Shown here: piece by piece, positions 1 through 10,636 of the stretch
How positions within the stretch are numbered: position 1 is the stretch's first letter
Layout of the letters: each line of letters begins with the position of its first letter
Origin: Promethearchaeota archaeon
Lineage (GTDB): Archaea; Asgardarchaeota; Lokiarchaeia; Sigyniarchaeales; SOKP01
Assembly: GCA_048940445.1 (NCBI GenBank)
Contig: JBHLON010000023.1
Coordinates: 1 to 56,310, forward strand
Length of the DNA: 56,310 nt
Reading direction: 5' to 3'
Notes under the pieces: model-generated
What the model saw: only the letters and a program-made list of their open reading frames with translations
Told to the model about the DNA's origin: nothing
Databases searched by the model: none
Made by a program: the position numbers and the translations under genes

Positions 1-125
1 GCAAATACATTAAAACCAGATTTCTTTAATGTCATTGTAAGTAATTTTTCTACAGTCTGAATACCTTGACCAGCAGCGCCACAAAGAACTAAAGTAATAT
101 CTTTTTTACTAATTATGTTTTCCAT
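1..125 (-). CDS. korA: 2-oxoacid:ferredoxin oxidoreductase alpha subunit, N-terminal part (runs off window)
   Basis: Manual translation from ATG at 125: MENIISKKDITLVLCGAAGQGIQTVEKLLTMTLKKSGFNVF. The G-x-A-G-Q-G-I motif is typical of the fused gamma/alpha N-terminus. It sits beside TCA genes and is not in the ORF track. Confidence 0.75.
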   Translation of the reverse strand, partial: MENIISKKDITLVLCGAAGQGIQTVEKLLTMTLKKSGFNVF

Positions 126-414
126 TATCCTAGTTTTCCAGATTTATTGAAATAATATTATTTAATTTAATCTATTTTAGTACTGAAAATTAGAGTTAAA
201 AATAATTCTATAATAATTCATAAACGATTTTACATTTTAGAAATAGGTTTAGATTTGCGAGATTTATTTCATTCATTAATTTAAAGCCATTAGCTTAATA
301 AATTGCTATTTAGTAATTTCATTTATTTATCTTTGACCTTAAATTTTAATTAAAATTCTTAGCTTTTTAGAACATCAATTTTACAGACAAATATTATTCT
401 GATTTGCTTGTTTA

Positions 415-1578
415 TTAAAGCAAATTATGCTCGATTCGAAAGTAATAATTATGGAATAACGAAGAGATAATATATGATTTTATCAATCTAAAATCGTGCT
501 TATATCTTAATAAATCATAAACATAATAAGTTCTTTTAAACAACCAAGCTATGTATCCCCTTATCACAAATCTATTTAATAGATGTGCAACTCCATAATT
601 TTTTCCTAAAGATACAAACATGAACCTAATTGGCTTTAATCTTAGGGGATTTATTTTCTTTCCTTTTATTTTCCTTATAAGTAATTTTGCAAGATAATCT
701 GCCTGTATTTTAGCTACTTGGGCCAACATTGGTGCCCTCTCGTCTTTTAGATAAGGGAAATTGGCAGCATCTCCAATCGAATATACATCATCAATTCCTT
801 CAACTTCACAAAAATGATTTACCTTAAATGCTTTGTTGATTTGAAGATCTGAATTAATTATTACTGGTTTAGATCCAATACAAATAATGATAAACTCGAA
901 AGAATATTCTCCATTTTTCGTATAAATAGAATTATCTGCTATTTTTATTACTCTTTCATTGTAGAAAACATTAATATTTAGTTTTTTCAAATATTTATCA
1001 ATAATAGTATGAAACTCAGGGATATTTGGAAAAAGTTGTTTTTCTGCTACAAATAAATCAATTAAAATCTCATTCTTTAAAGTTTTTGCTAATGAGGCAA
1101 TTTCTGAAGCAAGTTCAACCCCTACAGCCCCTCCTCCAATTATTGAAATGACAGGTCGATATCTTCCAAACGCTATTTTCAAATGATCATTAATTCTAAT
1201 AGCATCAAATATAGTCTTCATTGTTGGGTAATTCTCTGAGCCTTCAATAACTTTTAAAGGAGAAGCACCAGGTGAAATGATTAAATAATCATATTTATAA
1301 AAATGAGAATTTTCTAATTCAATTTCTTTTTTCTTAAAGAAAATCTTCTTTACAGAAGATCTGATAAACAATGCCCTTTTTAATTCTTTTTTAATATCAA
1401 AAAGAGGTGTCTTTTTAGGAATTTGCCCAGCACACGCTTCATGTAATAAGGGATTATACAAAAAATGATTAGAAGGATTAACTAACAAAACATCAACATT
1501 TTCGTATAACTCGATTTTTTTAGCTAACCTAAAACCTGCGAAACCAGCTCCAACTATAATTATTTTTATCCGCTTCAT
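415..1578 (-). CDS. Type II NADH dehydrogenase-like FAD-dependent oxidoreductase
   Basis: Two Rossmann motifs (GAGFAG, GGGAVGVELA), YDYLI, IGDAA and the C-terminal AQVA / GYIAWL segment of the NDH-2 family. Confidence 0.8.
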   Translation of the reverse strand: MKRIKIIIVGAGFAGFRLAKKIELYENVDVLLVNPSNHFLYNPLLHEACAGQIPKKTPLFDIKKELKRALFIRSSVKKIFFKKKEIELENSHFYKYDYLIISPGASPLKVIEGSENYPTMKTIFDAIRINDHLKIAFGRYRPVISIIGGGAVGVELASEIASLAKTLKNEILIDLFVAEKQLFPNIPEFHTIIDKYLKKLNINVFYNERVIKIADNSIYTKNGEYSFEFIIICIGSKPVIINSDLQINKAFKVNHFCEVEGIDDVYSIGDAANFPYLKDERAPMLAQVAKIQADYLAKLLIRKIKGKKINPLRLKPIRFMFVSLGKNYGVAHLLNRFVIRGYIAWLFKRTYYVYDLLRYKHDFRLIKSYIISSLFHNYYFRIEHNLL

Positions 1579-1628
1579 TCAAAAATTCAACAATGAAGAT
1601 TAAATCTAAATGTATTACTTTTTAGTTT

Positions 1629-3581
1629 TCAAGCTTCACATAATCTATTTTCTAACTTTGGAGTTAAGTTAATGAGACTTCCTGCGATAACCGCTTCTAT
1701 TTGGCGTTCACTTAATTGATGCTTAGTATTATAGCTTTCATTTTTAGTTTCATTTATAACCTTAACTAAATTGCCTTTTTGAATCACATTTATAATGTTT
1801 TCAATTTTGAGAGTATTTCCTTGTTCAATTTTTTCCCAATCATCTTCATTTTCAAAAGTAAGGGGTAGTACTCCAAAATTAATTAAATTTTGCCAATGTA
1901 TTCTCGCAAAACTCTTTGCAATCACTAACCGTAAACCCATATATCTTGGAGCTAATGCAGCATGTTCTCGACTCGACCCTTGTCCGTAATTTTCTCCTCC
2001 AACTATAGTAAAACCTTTATCTTGAAATTTTATTGCTCTTTCGTAAAAATTAACATCAACAGTATTGAATACAAATTTACTAATTTCGGGGATATTACTC
2101 CTAAACGGTAATACTTTAGCTCCAGCAGGCATGATCTCATCAGTAGAAATATTATCTCCTACTTTCAATACCACATGTAATGTTAATGTTTTTGTTAAAG
2201 GTGTAAATTTTGGCAAAGCTTTAATATTTGGTCCTTTTCGTAAATCTATAGCTAAACATTTTTTAGGAGGTGGAACTAACATCGATGTATTTATAATTAA
2301 TTTGATTGGTTGCTTAAAAGTTGGATATTTCATGTCTAATGTTCGAGGATCAGTTATAACTCCAGTAATTGCAGAAGCAGTCGCTGTTTCAGGGCTACAT
2401 AAATAAACCATATCACCTTTAGTTCCAGATCGCCCCGGAAAGTTACGAGGAACTGTTCTTAAACTTCGACCATTAGTAGGAGGTGCTTGTCCCATTCCAA
2501 TACATCCATTACATCCTGGTTCATGTATTCTTGCTCCACCTCTAACTAAATAAGTGAAAAGTCCCATATCAATGAGGTTCTCTAAAACCTGTCGTGTTGA
2601 GGGATTTACATCTAATGATATCTTTTCCTGGACTTTTTTTTCTCTTAACATTAATGCACAAATCCCAAAATCTCTTAATCCAGGATTAGCGGATGATCCT
2701 ACATATGATTGGAGTATTTCATCACCAGCAATATCTGCCACGTTCTTAACGTTTCCTGGACTACTTGGTAAAGCAATTAAAGGTTCAAGTTCTGATAAGT
2801 TCAACTCTTCAATATAATCATAACGACAGTTGTCATCGGGTAAAATTTGATTATAATCATTAATACGCCCTTGTCTTTCCAGAAAATTCTTAACTTCTTC
2901 ATCTGCTGGAAAAACACTAGTAGTAGCTCCAAGTTCTGTTCCCATATTACAAATTACGTGACGGTCCATTGCTGTTAAATTTTTAACGCCAGGTCCATAA
3001 TATTCAATTATTCTACCGACACCTCCTTTAACATCATGCCTTTTTAGCATTTCTAAAATAACATCTTTTGCACTAACCCATTCTGGTAAGGAACCTATTA
3101 GTTTGACACCCCAAATTTCTGGATACTTGATATAAAGAGGCTTACCAGACATTGCCAGAGAGACTTCTAAACCACCTGCTCCAATTGCTAACATTCCAAG
3201 AGAACCTCCTGCAGGAGTATGACTATCGGATCCAATCATACTTTTACCTGGAATTCCAAATCTTTCCATATGAATAGGGTGACTAACGCCATTTCCAGGT
3301 CTACTAAACCATAGACCAAATCGTTGACAGCCAGTATATAAAAAGAGGTGATCATCAGAGTTTCTAAAGTCAGCTCTTATTAAATTATGATCAACATATT
3401 GAACAGAAATTTCTGTTTTAACCCTATCTAGTTCCATAGCTTCTAATTCTAGCATTACCATCGTTCCAGTGGCATCTTGTGTTAATGTTTGATCAATTTT
3501 GAGACCAATCTCTTCCCCAACTTCCAATTTTCCCTCTACTAAATGAGATTTAATCAATTTTTCAGCGACATTTAAACTCAT
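1629..3581 (-). CDS. acnA: Aconitate hydratase (short 650-aa type)
   Basis: QDATG, DHN, GSDSHT, CNGCIGMG Fe-S ligands, RNFPGR, STDEI, GSSREHAA, SFARIH. Confidence 0.93.
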   Translation of the reverse strand: MSLNVAEKLIKSHLVEGKLEVGEEIGLKIDQTLTQDATGTMVMLELEAMELDRVKTEISVQYVDHNLIRADFRNSDDHLFLYTGCQRFGLWFSRPGNGVSHPIHMERFGIPGKSMIGSDSHTPAGGSLGMLAIGAGGLEVSLAMSGKPLYIKYPEIWGVKLIGSLPEWVSAKDVILEMLKRHDVKGGVGRIIEYYGPGVKNLTAMDRHVICNMGTELGATTSVFPADEEVKNFLERQGRINDYNQILPDDNCRYDYIEELNLSELEPLIALPSSPGNVKNVADIAGDEILQSYVGSSANPGLRDFGICALMLREKKVQEKISLDVNPSTRQVLENLIDMGLFTYLVRGGARIHEPGCNGCIGMGQAPPTNGRSLRTVPRNFPGRSGTKGDMVYLCSPETATASAITGVITDPRTLDMKYPTFKQPIKLIINTSMLVPPPKKCLAIDLRKGPNIKALPKFTPLTKTLTLHVVLKVGDNISTDEIMPAGAKVLPFRSNIPEISKFVFNTVDVNFYERAIKFQDKGFTIVGGENYGQGSSREHAALAPRYMGLRLVIAKSFARIHWQNLINFGVLPLTFENEDDWEKIEQGNTLKIENIINVIQKGNLVKVINETKNESYNTKHQLSERQIEAVIAGSLINLTPKLENRLCEA

Positions 3582-3587
3582 TTTAAA

Positions 3588-4886
3588 TTACCTCTTGGAA
3601 ATAGGAATATATTCTCTATTGATTTTACCAATGTAACGTAGTCGAGGTCGGATTAATTTATTGTCTGAGAGTTGTTCTATAGCATGAGCAACCCATCCTG
3701 CACTTCTAGAAGCTGCAAATAATGGCGTAAACAATTTGGTCGGGACTCCAAGAGCATGAAGTAGTCCTGCAGAATAAAGATCAACGTTGGGATAAATCAT
3801 TTTTGTTTTTATCATAAAATCTTTAAGTATTTCTGTCATTTCATAGATATTATCAATTTTTTCATGGTACTTTGCATGTTCTATTTCAGGTATTTTTTCA
3901 AAAGTTTCACCACTATCGATTTTATCCCAAAAAATCTTAGATAAGTCTCTCAAAATTAAAGCACGAGGATCCCAAACTTTGTAAACTCTATGCCCAAAAC
4001 CCATGATTAAGTCTTTCTCTCCAAGCTTTCCCTTTGCCCAAGGAATTACGTTATCTTTTCTTTTTATTTCATCCAACATAGTTCTTATTACTCTTTCGTT
4101 AGCACCTCCATGTAGAGGTCCCCTAAGGGTACCAATAGCACTTGTAATACCACTATATATATCTGATAAGGTTGAGACGGTCACTCTGCAGGAAAATGTA
4201 GATGAGTTAATAGAATGATCTGCATGACAAATTAAGACTTTATCAAAAGCTGAGGTAAATTCATTATCAGGCTCATTGCCAGTCATCATATAATAATAAT
4301 TTGCTGCGTGTGACAACTCATCTGAAGGTTCTACTAATGGTAGATTGGATTGGATTCGATGGGAAAATGCTAAAATTGTGGGAATTTTTGCGATAATCCT
4401 AATTCCTTTTCGAATATTTGCCTCTTCAGAAAAGTCATAATCATCAGGATCATATAGAGAGAGTGCTGAGATTGCAGTACGAAGTAGTTCAATCCTTGTA
4501 GTTTCACGCGGAAAACTTTTTAAAATTACCAGAATGTTGTCTGGAATTTCTCTCTCTTCAATAAGTTTGCCTTTTAAAAGTTCAAGCTCAGCTCTAGTCG
4601 GTAATTCTCCATAAATTAATAGATAAATAACTTCTTCAAACGTAGAATTTTCCACTAGTTGCTCAAGTGAGTATCCTCTATAATATAGTTTTCCATGTAT
4701 TCCATCGATATATGTTATTTTACTTTCATCAACATAAATCCCAACTAATCCTTTATAGGTTTTTGAACGGTCAATATCACACAATTTTGCCTCTGTTTCT
4801 TCTTCATAATCTTCACAAGCAAAAGAGGTAGTAGTTTCGCATGGAACTAATCTCGAGTTCTCTTTATTCTTATTCACTAAACCCAT
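3588..4886 (-). CDS. gltA: Citrate synthase (citrate/2-methylcitrate synthase family)
   Basis: LYYRGY, HADH, GPLHGGANE, GFGHRVY, DPRA, PNVD, LIRPR. Confidence 0.92.
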   Translation of the reverse strand: MGLVNKNKENSRLVPCETTTSFACEDYEEETEAKLCDIDRSKTYKGLVGIYVDESKITYIDGIHGKLYYRGYSLEQLVENSTFEEVIYLLIYGELPTRAELELLKGKLIEEREIPDNILVILKSFPRETTRIELLRTAISALSLYDPDDYDFSEEANIRKGIRIIAKIPTILAFSHRIQSNLPLVEPSDELSHAANYYYMMTGNEPDNEFTSAFDKVLICHADHSINSSTFSCRVTVSTLSDIYSGITSAIGTLRGPLHGGANERVIRTMLDEIKRKDNVIPWAKGKLGEKDLIMGFGHRVYKVWDPRALILRDLSKIFWDKIDSGETFEKIPEIEHAKYHEKIDNIYEMTEILKDFMIKTKMIYPNVDLYSAGLLHALGVPTKLFTPLFAASRSAGWVAHAIEQLSDNKLIRPRLRYIGKINREYIPISKR

Positions 4887-5326
4887 TTTATATCTTTTTT
4901 GCTTAAAGTAGACTAGATTGATATATAACTCTAATTCTTTTAAATCATTAATTATATTTTTTTAGTATAAGCCCTATAATTCATAAAGTATGGCCCAAGA
5001 TTATCATTAATGTGAACTTTCATAAATTTTAATTTAATATCAGCTAAAAATGCTAAAAATTTTTGTTATTGGTTATATTGGTTGATTTATTACTTCCTAT
5101 CATTAAATTGAATCACACGGACTTACTATGTAAATCCAGTAAGACATGATTCTTTTTATTTGGATACAACAAGAAATTGATTTAAATTAAAATTCCTACC
5201 GGTTTATCAAGGAAAATCTATAAAAATGAAGCTAATTCACTTTATAGTTTATTATGAAAAATTTTATTAGTCAATATGAGAGACATAAATTAAGTTAATA
5301 TTTTCACCTTACATGAGGGATTTAAG

Positions 5327-6451
5327 ATAAGATTACTCGAATATGAGAGTAAAGAAATTTTTCGAAAATATAATATTCCTTTGGTAAAAAATATTTTAAT
5401 CCAAAAGAATGAAAATATTGAAGAAAAAACTAAGCAATTTATATATCCAATAATGATTAAATCTCAAATTGCCATAGGAAGTAGAAAGAAAGCAGGTTTA
5501 ATTAAGTTAGCCCATAATCAAGAAGAAGCAATTTCATTATGCAAAGAATTTTTTTCAAAAACCATAACAGGATTTAAGGTAGAAGCAATTTTAACTGAGG
5601 CGGCAGTAGAAATTCAGCATGAATATTATTGCTCTATTGCTCTGGATGCGTCAGGAAGGAAATTTTATATTATTGCAAGTAGAGAGGGAGGGATTGAAAT
5701 TGAAAATGTATCAAAGAAAAATCCCGAGGTGATTATAAAGGAAAGTCTTACTTTAAAGAATGGACTATCATCTGAATTAGCAGAAAAAGTATCATATAAT
5801 TTGGGTTTTTCGGGAAATAATTTGACTCTTGCTAAAGAAATTTTTTTAAAATTATGGAAAATAGTCGTAGATTTAGAAGCTCAGTTAGTGGAAATCAATC
5901 CTCTAGTAATGACAGATTCTGGATTAGTTGCTCTCGATGGAAAGATCATTCTTGATGATGATTCAGCATTTCGTCAACCTTTAGTGGAAGAATTACTAAC
6001 TAAAAAGTTAAGTGAATTAGAAAAAATTGCAAATGATGGTGGATTTTCATTTGTCGAATTAGACGGTGATATAGGTATTTTAGCTAATGGTGCAGGTCTT
6101 ACTATGGCTTTAATAGATGTACTTTCTAATAGAGGTCTTAAACCTGCTAATTTTTTAGATGTAGGAGGAGGTGCAAGCAAAGAAAGGGTTTATAAAGCTT
6201 TAGAACTACTTTTTAAAATAAATCCTAAAGTCATATTGGTAAATATTTATGGAGGAATAACTCGATGTGATGTTGTTGCTGAAGCAATTATTGAGGCATT
6301 AAAAAATTTCCAAAATACGCCTTCTATGGTTATAAGATTAACAGGAACAAATGAAACTGAGGGGATTAAACTACTTAAAATGAATAATATGATTGCATAT
6401 ACAGACATAATGGATGCTGTTAAAAAAGTAGAGGAGGTGCTAAACAAATAG
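5327..6451 (+). CDS. sucC: Succinyl-CoA synthetase beta subunit; start probably ATA at 5327, not TTG at 5381
   Basis: In-frame upstream sequence gives IRLLEYESKEIFRKYNIP, matching the conserved SucC N-terminus. Also EINPL, NGAGL, NFLDVGGG, GGITRCD, RLTGTN. Confidence 0.88.
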   Translation: MRLLEYESKEIFRKYNIPLVKNILIQKNENIEEKTKQFIYPIMIKSQIAIGSRKKAGLIKLAHNQEEAISLCKEFFSKTITGFKVEAILTEAAVEIQHEYYCSIALDASGRKFYIIASREGGIEIENVSKKNPEVIIKESLTLKNGLSSELAEKVSYNLGFSGNNLTLAKEIFLKLWKIVVDLEAQLVEINPLVMTDSGLVALDGKIILDDDSAFRQPLVEELLTKKLSELEKIANDGGFSFVELDGDIGILANGAGLTMALIDVLSNRGLKPANFLDVGGGASKERVYKALELLFKINPKVILVNIYGGITRCDVVAEAIIEALKNFQNTPSMVIRLTGTNETEGIKLLKMNNMIAYTDIMDAVKKVEEVLNK

Positions 6452-7312
6452 ATGTATATCAATGAAGATTCGAAGGTAGTTGTACAAGGAATTACTGGAA
6501 ATCAAGGAATGTTCCATACAAAATTAATGTTAGATTATGGTACGAATATCGTGGCGGGAGTTACACCCAATAAAGGAGGTCAAGAAGTTTATGGAGTACC
6601 TGTATTTAATAAAATGAAAGAAGCAAAAAATAAGACTGGATGTGATACGAGCATTGTACTTGTTCCAGCACAATTTGCTTTTGGGGCAGTAAAAGAAAGT
6701 TTATTTTCAGGCATGCAAATGACTTGCATTATAACTGAAAATATGCCAGTTTTTGATATGCTCAAATTAATAGAAATTGCTCAGGATAGACATCTGCATC
6801 TTATTGGACCTAACTGTCCTGGAATGTTAATTCCTGATAAAATTAAGCTAGGCATAATGCCAGGAGATATGTGTCATTACGGAGAGATAGCAATAATTTC
6901 AAAAAGTGGAACATTGTCTTATGAGATAACTAAAGCGGTTGGGAATGCAAAAATTGGAGTATCAGCATATATTGGAATTGGTGGGGATCCTGTAAGAGGT
7001 ACAACAATGAAAGAAGCTGTAGAATATTATTCAAAGGATACAAATACAAAAATTATCGTTTTAGTTGGCGAAATTGGAAGTGATGAAGAAGAAAAAGCTG
7101 CGGAGTATATAAAAAATAATGTAAGGAAACCTATTATAGCATATATTGCAGGTAAGAGCGCTCCTAAAGGAAAACGAATGGGTCACGCGGGAGCCATCAT
7201 TTCTGGTGACTTTGGGACGGCAGAAGGAAAAATAAAAACCTTAAAAGAAGCTAGAGTGTATATAGCAGAAAATCCTTGGGAAATTCCTCAATTAATCAAA
7301 GAAATCTTGTAA
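6452..7312 (+). CDS. sucD: Succinyl-CoA synthetase alpha subunit
   Basis: VQGITG, GPNCPG, SKSGTL, GIGGD, phospho-His MGHAGA; abuts sucC. Confidence 0.92.
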   Translation: MYINEDSKVVVQGITGNQGMFHTKLMLDYGTNIVAGVTPNKGGQEVYGVPVFNKMKEAKNKTGCDTSIVLVPAQFAFGAVKESLFSGMQMTCIITENMPVFDMLKLIEIAQDRHLHLIGPNCPGMLIPDKIKLGIMPGDMCHYGEIAIISKSGTLSYEITKAVGNAKIGVSAYIGIGGDPVRGTTMKEAVEYYSKDTNTKIIVLVGEIGSDEEEKAAEYIKNNVRKPIIAYIAGKSAPKGKRMGHAGAIISGDFGTAEGKIKTLKEARVYIAENPWEIPQLIKEIL

Positions 7313-7406
7313 ATTAGTAAAATATTGATTAGTTATAATTTTTGATTAATTAAATCTCAAAAAAGATAGATTCATTTTACCTATTCCACTATAAAAAGGG
7401 AACTCC

Positions 7407-7440
7407 TTCCCATATAAGCCATTTGGGAAAAATTTTTATA
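7407..7440 (+). promoter_or_regulatory. Inverted repeat TTCCCA-N11-TGGGAA immediately upstream of a TATA-like TTTTTATA before aclB
   Basis: Arms at 7407-7412 and 7424-7429; TATA-like element 7433-7440; aclB start 7507. Confidence 0.4.
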
Positions 7441-7506
7441 AAAACTTACTCTACACATATTAGTATATTTTTAAAATATAGTTTAAAGGCTAGGAGATAA
7501 AAGAAA

Positions 7507-8799
7507 GTGGCTCAAAAAAATATTTATGAATATGATGCTAAAAAACTTCTTGCGAATCAATTACCGAAATATTTTCCGGAATTTAATTATCATGATAAAC
7601 TAGTTTTAATCGATTGCGACACTGATATAGATAAAGCAATTTCTGAAAATCCTTGGTTAAAGACAGAAAAATTAGTAGCAAAACCAGACCAATTATTTGG
7701 AAAACGTGGAAAAGCAAATTTGATTCTATTAGATGCAAATTGTGATGAAATGAAAGATTTTTGTTATAATAATTTAGATAGAGTCTGTGAAATCGGGAAT
7801 ATACGAGGAGAATTGAAACGTTTATTAATTGAACCATTTATTTCTCATGAAAAAGAATATTATGTTTCTATCACAACTGAAAGAGATTATAATGTAATCC
7901 ATTTTAGTTTTGAGGGAGGAATCTTTGTTGAAGAAAATTGGGATAAAGTGGTGCATATTCCAATCTCTATTGGAACAGATATTAATACTTATGATTTAGA
8001 AAAAAATCTGCCAAATCTTGGAGAATTAAATGACATTATAATCCCATTTATTAAAGGTCTTTATAATGTTTTTGTTGATCAAGATTTTGCATTCTTAGAA
8101 ATTAATCCCTTTGCCATAACAAAAGATAAAACGATTGTTCCTTTAGATGTAAAAGCACGATTAGACGATACGGCGGCATTTTTACATCCTGATACGTGGG
8201 GTAATCCAGCTAATCCTATTGAATTTCCAGCAGGATTTGGGCAAGCAATGAGTACAGAAGAAAGTAAAATAAAAGATCTTGATGAAAAAACTGGGGCTTC
8301 GCTTAAACTCACAATTCTAAACAGAGAAGGCCGTATATGGACGATGGTTGCTGGAGGAGGAGCCTCTGTAATCTATACTGATACTATAGCAGATCTAGGG
8401 TTCTCTAAAGAATTAAGTAATTATGGAGAATATTCAGGAAATCCATCTCAAGAGCACACTGAAATATACGCACAAACTTTAATTGATCTTATTACAGAAC
8501 ATCCTGATCCTAAAGGAAGGGAAAAATATTTAATTATTGGAGGAGGTATTGCTAACTTTACTGATGTTAAGGCTACTTTTGGAGGAATAGTAAATGCGAT
8601 TAAGAAATCTGTAGAAAAATTGAAAAAGGCAAATGTAAAAATTTTAGTTCGTAGAGGCGGTCCAAATGAAAAACAGGGATTAGAATTAATGAGAGAAGTA
8701 GGAGAAGAAACTGGGATACCAATTGAAATTTATGATCGATACAATAGCATGACTCGTCCCGTATCCCGAATGGTTGAAAAAATGAAAGGTGAGAAATAA
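7507..8799 (+). CDS. aclB: ATP-citrate lyase beta subunit (ATP-grasp + citrate-binding domain)
   Basis: KPDQLFGKRGK, LEINP, ASLKLTILN, IWTMVAGGGAS, NYGEYSG, GGGIANFT, RRGGPN. Confidence 0.93.
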   Translation: MAQKNIYEYDAKKLLANQLPKYFPEFNYHDKLVLIDCDTDIDKAISENPWLKTEKLVAKPDQLFGKRGKANLILLDANCDEMKDFCYNNLDRVCEIGNIRGELKRLLIEPFISHEKEYYVSITTERDYNVIHFSFEGGIFVEENWDKVVHIPISIGTDINTYDLEKNLPNLGELNDIIIPFIKGLYNVFVDQDFAFLEINPFAITKDKTIVPLDVKARLDDTAAFLHPDTWGNPANPIEFPAGFGQAMSTEESKIKDLDEKTGASLKLTILNREGRIWTMVAGGGASVIYTDTIADLGFSKELSNYGEYSGNPSQEHTEIYAQTLIDLITEHPDPKGREKYLIIGGGIANFTDVKATFGGIVNAIKKSVEKLKKANVKILVRRGGPNEKQGLELMREVGEETGIPIEIYDRYNSMTRPVSRMVEKMKGEK

Positions 8800-8800
8800 A

Positions 8801-10636
8801 ATGGAAGATTATGAATTATTTGATGAGAATACTCAAGCAATAATTTATGGACTTCAAGCTGCTCCTGTCCAGAGAATGCTTGACTTTGATTATGTTTGTA
8901 GAAGGAAAAAACCTTCGGTTGCAGCAATGATTCAACCTACTCAAGGAGCTGCAATAACTTATCATAGGGCATTTTGGGGTAGTAAAGAAGTAGTTATTCC
9001 CGTTTATAAAACATTCGATATGGCAATTAAGAAGCATCCAAATGCTGATGTCATGATAAATTTTGCTTCGTTTCGGTCTGCTTACGAAACTAGTAAAGAA
9101 GCGCTTGAATCTAATACAATTAGGGTCGTTACAATAATAGCAGAAGGTGTACCAGAAAGACAAAGCCAATTATTAAATAAAATTGCTAAAGCACGAAATA
9201 AAGTAATTATTGGACCTGCAACAGTAGGTGGAATTAAGGCAGGAGCATTTAAAATTGGTAATACTGCAGGAACCTTAGAGAATATTATTTTATCAAAATT
9301 ATATCGCCCAGGCTCGGTTGGGTTTGTATCTAAATCTGGTGGTTTAAGCAATGAAATGAACTTTATGATTGCCCAAAACACAGACGGAGTTTATGAATCA
9401 ATCGCAATTGGGGGAGATCGATATCCCGGTTCCCGATTAATAGATCACCTTCTACGCTATGAAACAAATCCCAAAATAAAAATGCTAGTTTGTTTAGGTG
9501 AAATAGGAGGAACAGAAGAATACAAGATTGTTGAAGCATTAAAAAGTAGTAAAATCAAGAAACCTCTGGCAATATGGGTAACAGGAACTGCTGCAAGAAT
9601 ATTACCAAAAGGTTTACAATTTGGACATGCTGGAGCAATGGCTGGAAGTGATCGAGAAACTGCGGAGGCAAAAAATAAGGCACTTAAAGAAGTGGGAGCA
9701 TTAGTTCCTGATTCATATGAAGATTTTGATAAATTAATAAGGAGAACTTACGAGAAATTAAAACAATCAGGTAAGATTGAACCTATAAAAGAGATTGAAC
9801 CACCTGAAGTTCCTATGGATTACAACGAAGCTGTGAGGAAAGGGCTAGTGAGGCGTTCTTCAGATGTGGTGGTAACTATTTCGGATGATCGAGGTGATGT
9901 TCCAACTTTTGCGAACATTGGGCTTGATGAAATAATTCGTGAGAATAAATCTATAGGCTATGTAATCGGTCTTTTATGGTTTAAGAAAGAACTACCGGTT
10001 TTTGCTCAAGAATTCATAGAAATAGTAATAAAGCTTACTGCAGATCACGGTCCAGCTGTCTCGGGTGCACATAATGCAATTATTACTGCTCGTGCGGGAA
10101 AAGATTTGATGTCTTCATTAGCCTCAGGAATACTAACGATTGGTCCACGATTTGGGGGAGCAATCTCAGACGCTGCTAAATATTTTAGAGAAGCTCTACA
10201 AAAGAAAATGGCTCCTCATGAATTTGTTGCTTATATGAAGAATATTACACAAATAAATATTCCCGGAATAGGACATAGAATTAAATCTGTCCAAAATCCT
10301 GATGTAAGAGTGTCTTTATTGAAAGAATTTGTATTTAAGAATTTTAAGAAACATCCACATCTTGATTTTGCATTAGAAGTTGAAAAATTAACTACAGCAA
10401 AGAGAAATAATTTAATATTGAATGTCGATGGATGCATTGGAATTTGCTTTCTTGATTTACTCGAGAATTTGGATTTTACAGAAGAAGAAGTTGAAGATGT
10501 CATATATAGTGAGGCGTTAAATGGACTATTTGTATTAGGTAGGAGTATAGGGATGATGGGTCATGTTTTTGATCAAAAAAGACAACGTGCAGGACTTTAT
10601 CGACAACCTTGGGATGAAATACTTTTCGGAAGCTAA
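8801..10636 (+). CDS. aclA: ATP-citrate lyase alpha subunit (CoA-binding, pHis and citryl-CoA lyase domains)
   Basis: QRMLDFD, NFASFRSA, IGPATVGG, QFGHAGA, ADHGPAVSGAHN, IPGIGHRIKS, LNVDG. ATG at 8801 directly after the aclB stop is preferred to GTG 8789. Confidence 0.93.
   Translation: MEDYELFDENTQAIIYGLQAAPVQRMLDFDYVCRRKKPSVAAMIQPTQGAAITYHRAFWGSKEVVIPVYKTFDMAIKKHPNADVMINFASFRSAYETSKEALESNTIRVVTIIAEGVPERQSQLLNKIAKARNKVIIGPATVGGIKAGAFKIGNTAGTLENIILSKLYRPGSVGFVSKSGGLSNEMNFMIAQNTDGVYESIAIGGDRYPGSRLIDHLLRYETNPKIKMLVCLGEIGGTEEYKIVEALKSSKIKKPLAIWVTGTAARILPKGLQFGHAGAMAGSDRETAEAKNKALKEVGALVPDSYEDFDKLIRRTYEKLKQSGKIEPIKEIEPPEVPMDYNEAVRKGLVRRSSDVVVTISDDRGDVPTFANIGLDEIIRENKSIGYVIGLLWFKKELPVFAQEFIEIVIKLTADHGPAVSGAHNAIITARAGKDLMSSLASGILTIGPRFGGAISDAAKYFREALQKKMAPHEFVAYMKNITQINIPGIGHRIKSVQNPDVRVSLLKEFVFKNFKKHPHLDFALEVEKLTTAKRNNLILNVDGCIGICFLDLLENLDFTEEEVEDVIYSEALNGLFVLGRSIGMMGHVFDQKRQRAGLYRQPWDEILFGS

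Noticed and set aside
5327-7312. SucCD pair as citryl-CoA synthetase of a two-step citrate cleavage route
   Set aside because: Motifs are standard SucC/SucD (GGITRCD, RLTGTN) and a complete ACL is already adjacent; not strictly excluded without a phylogeny
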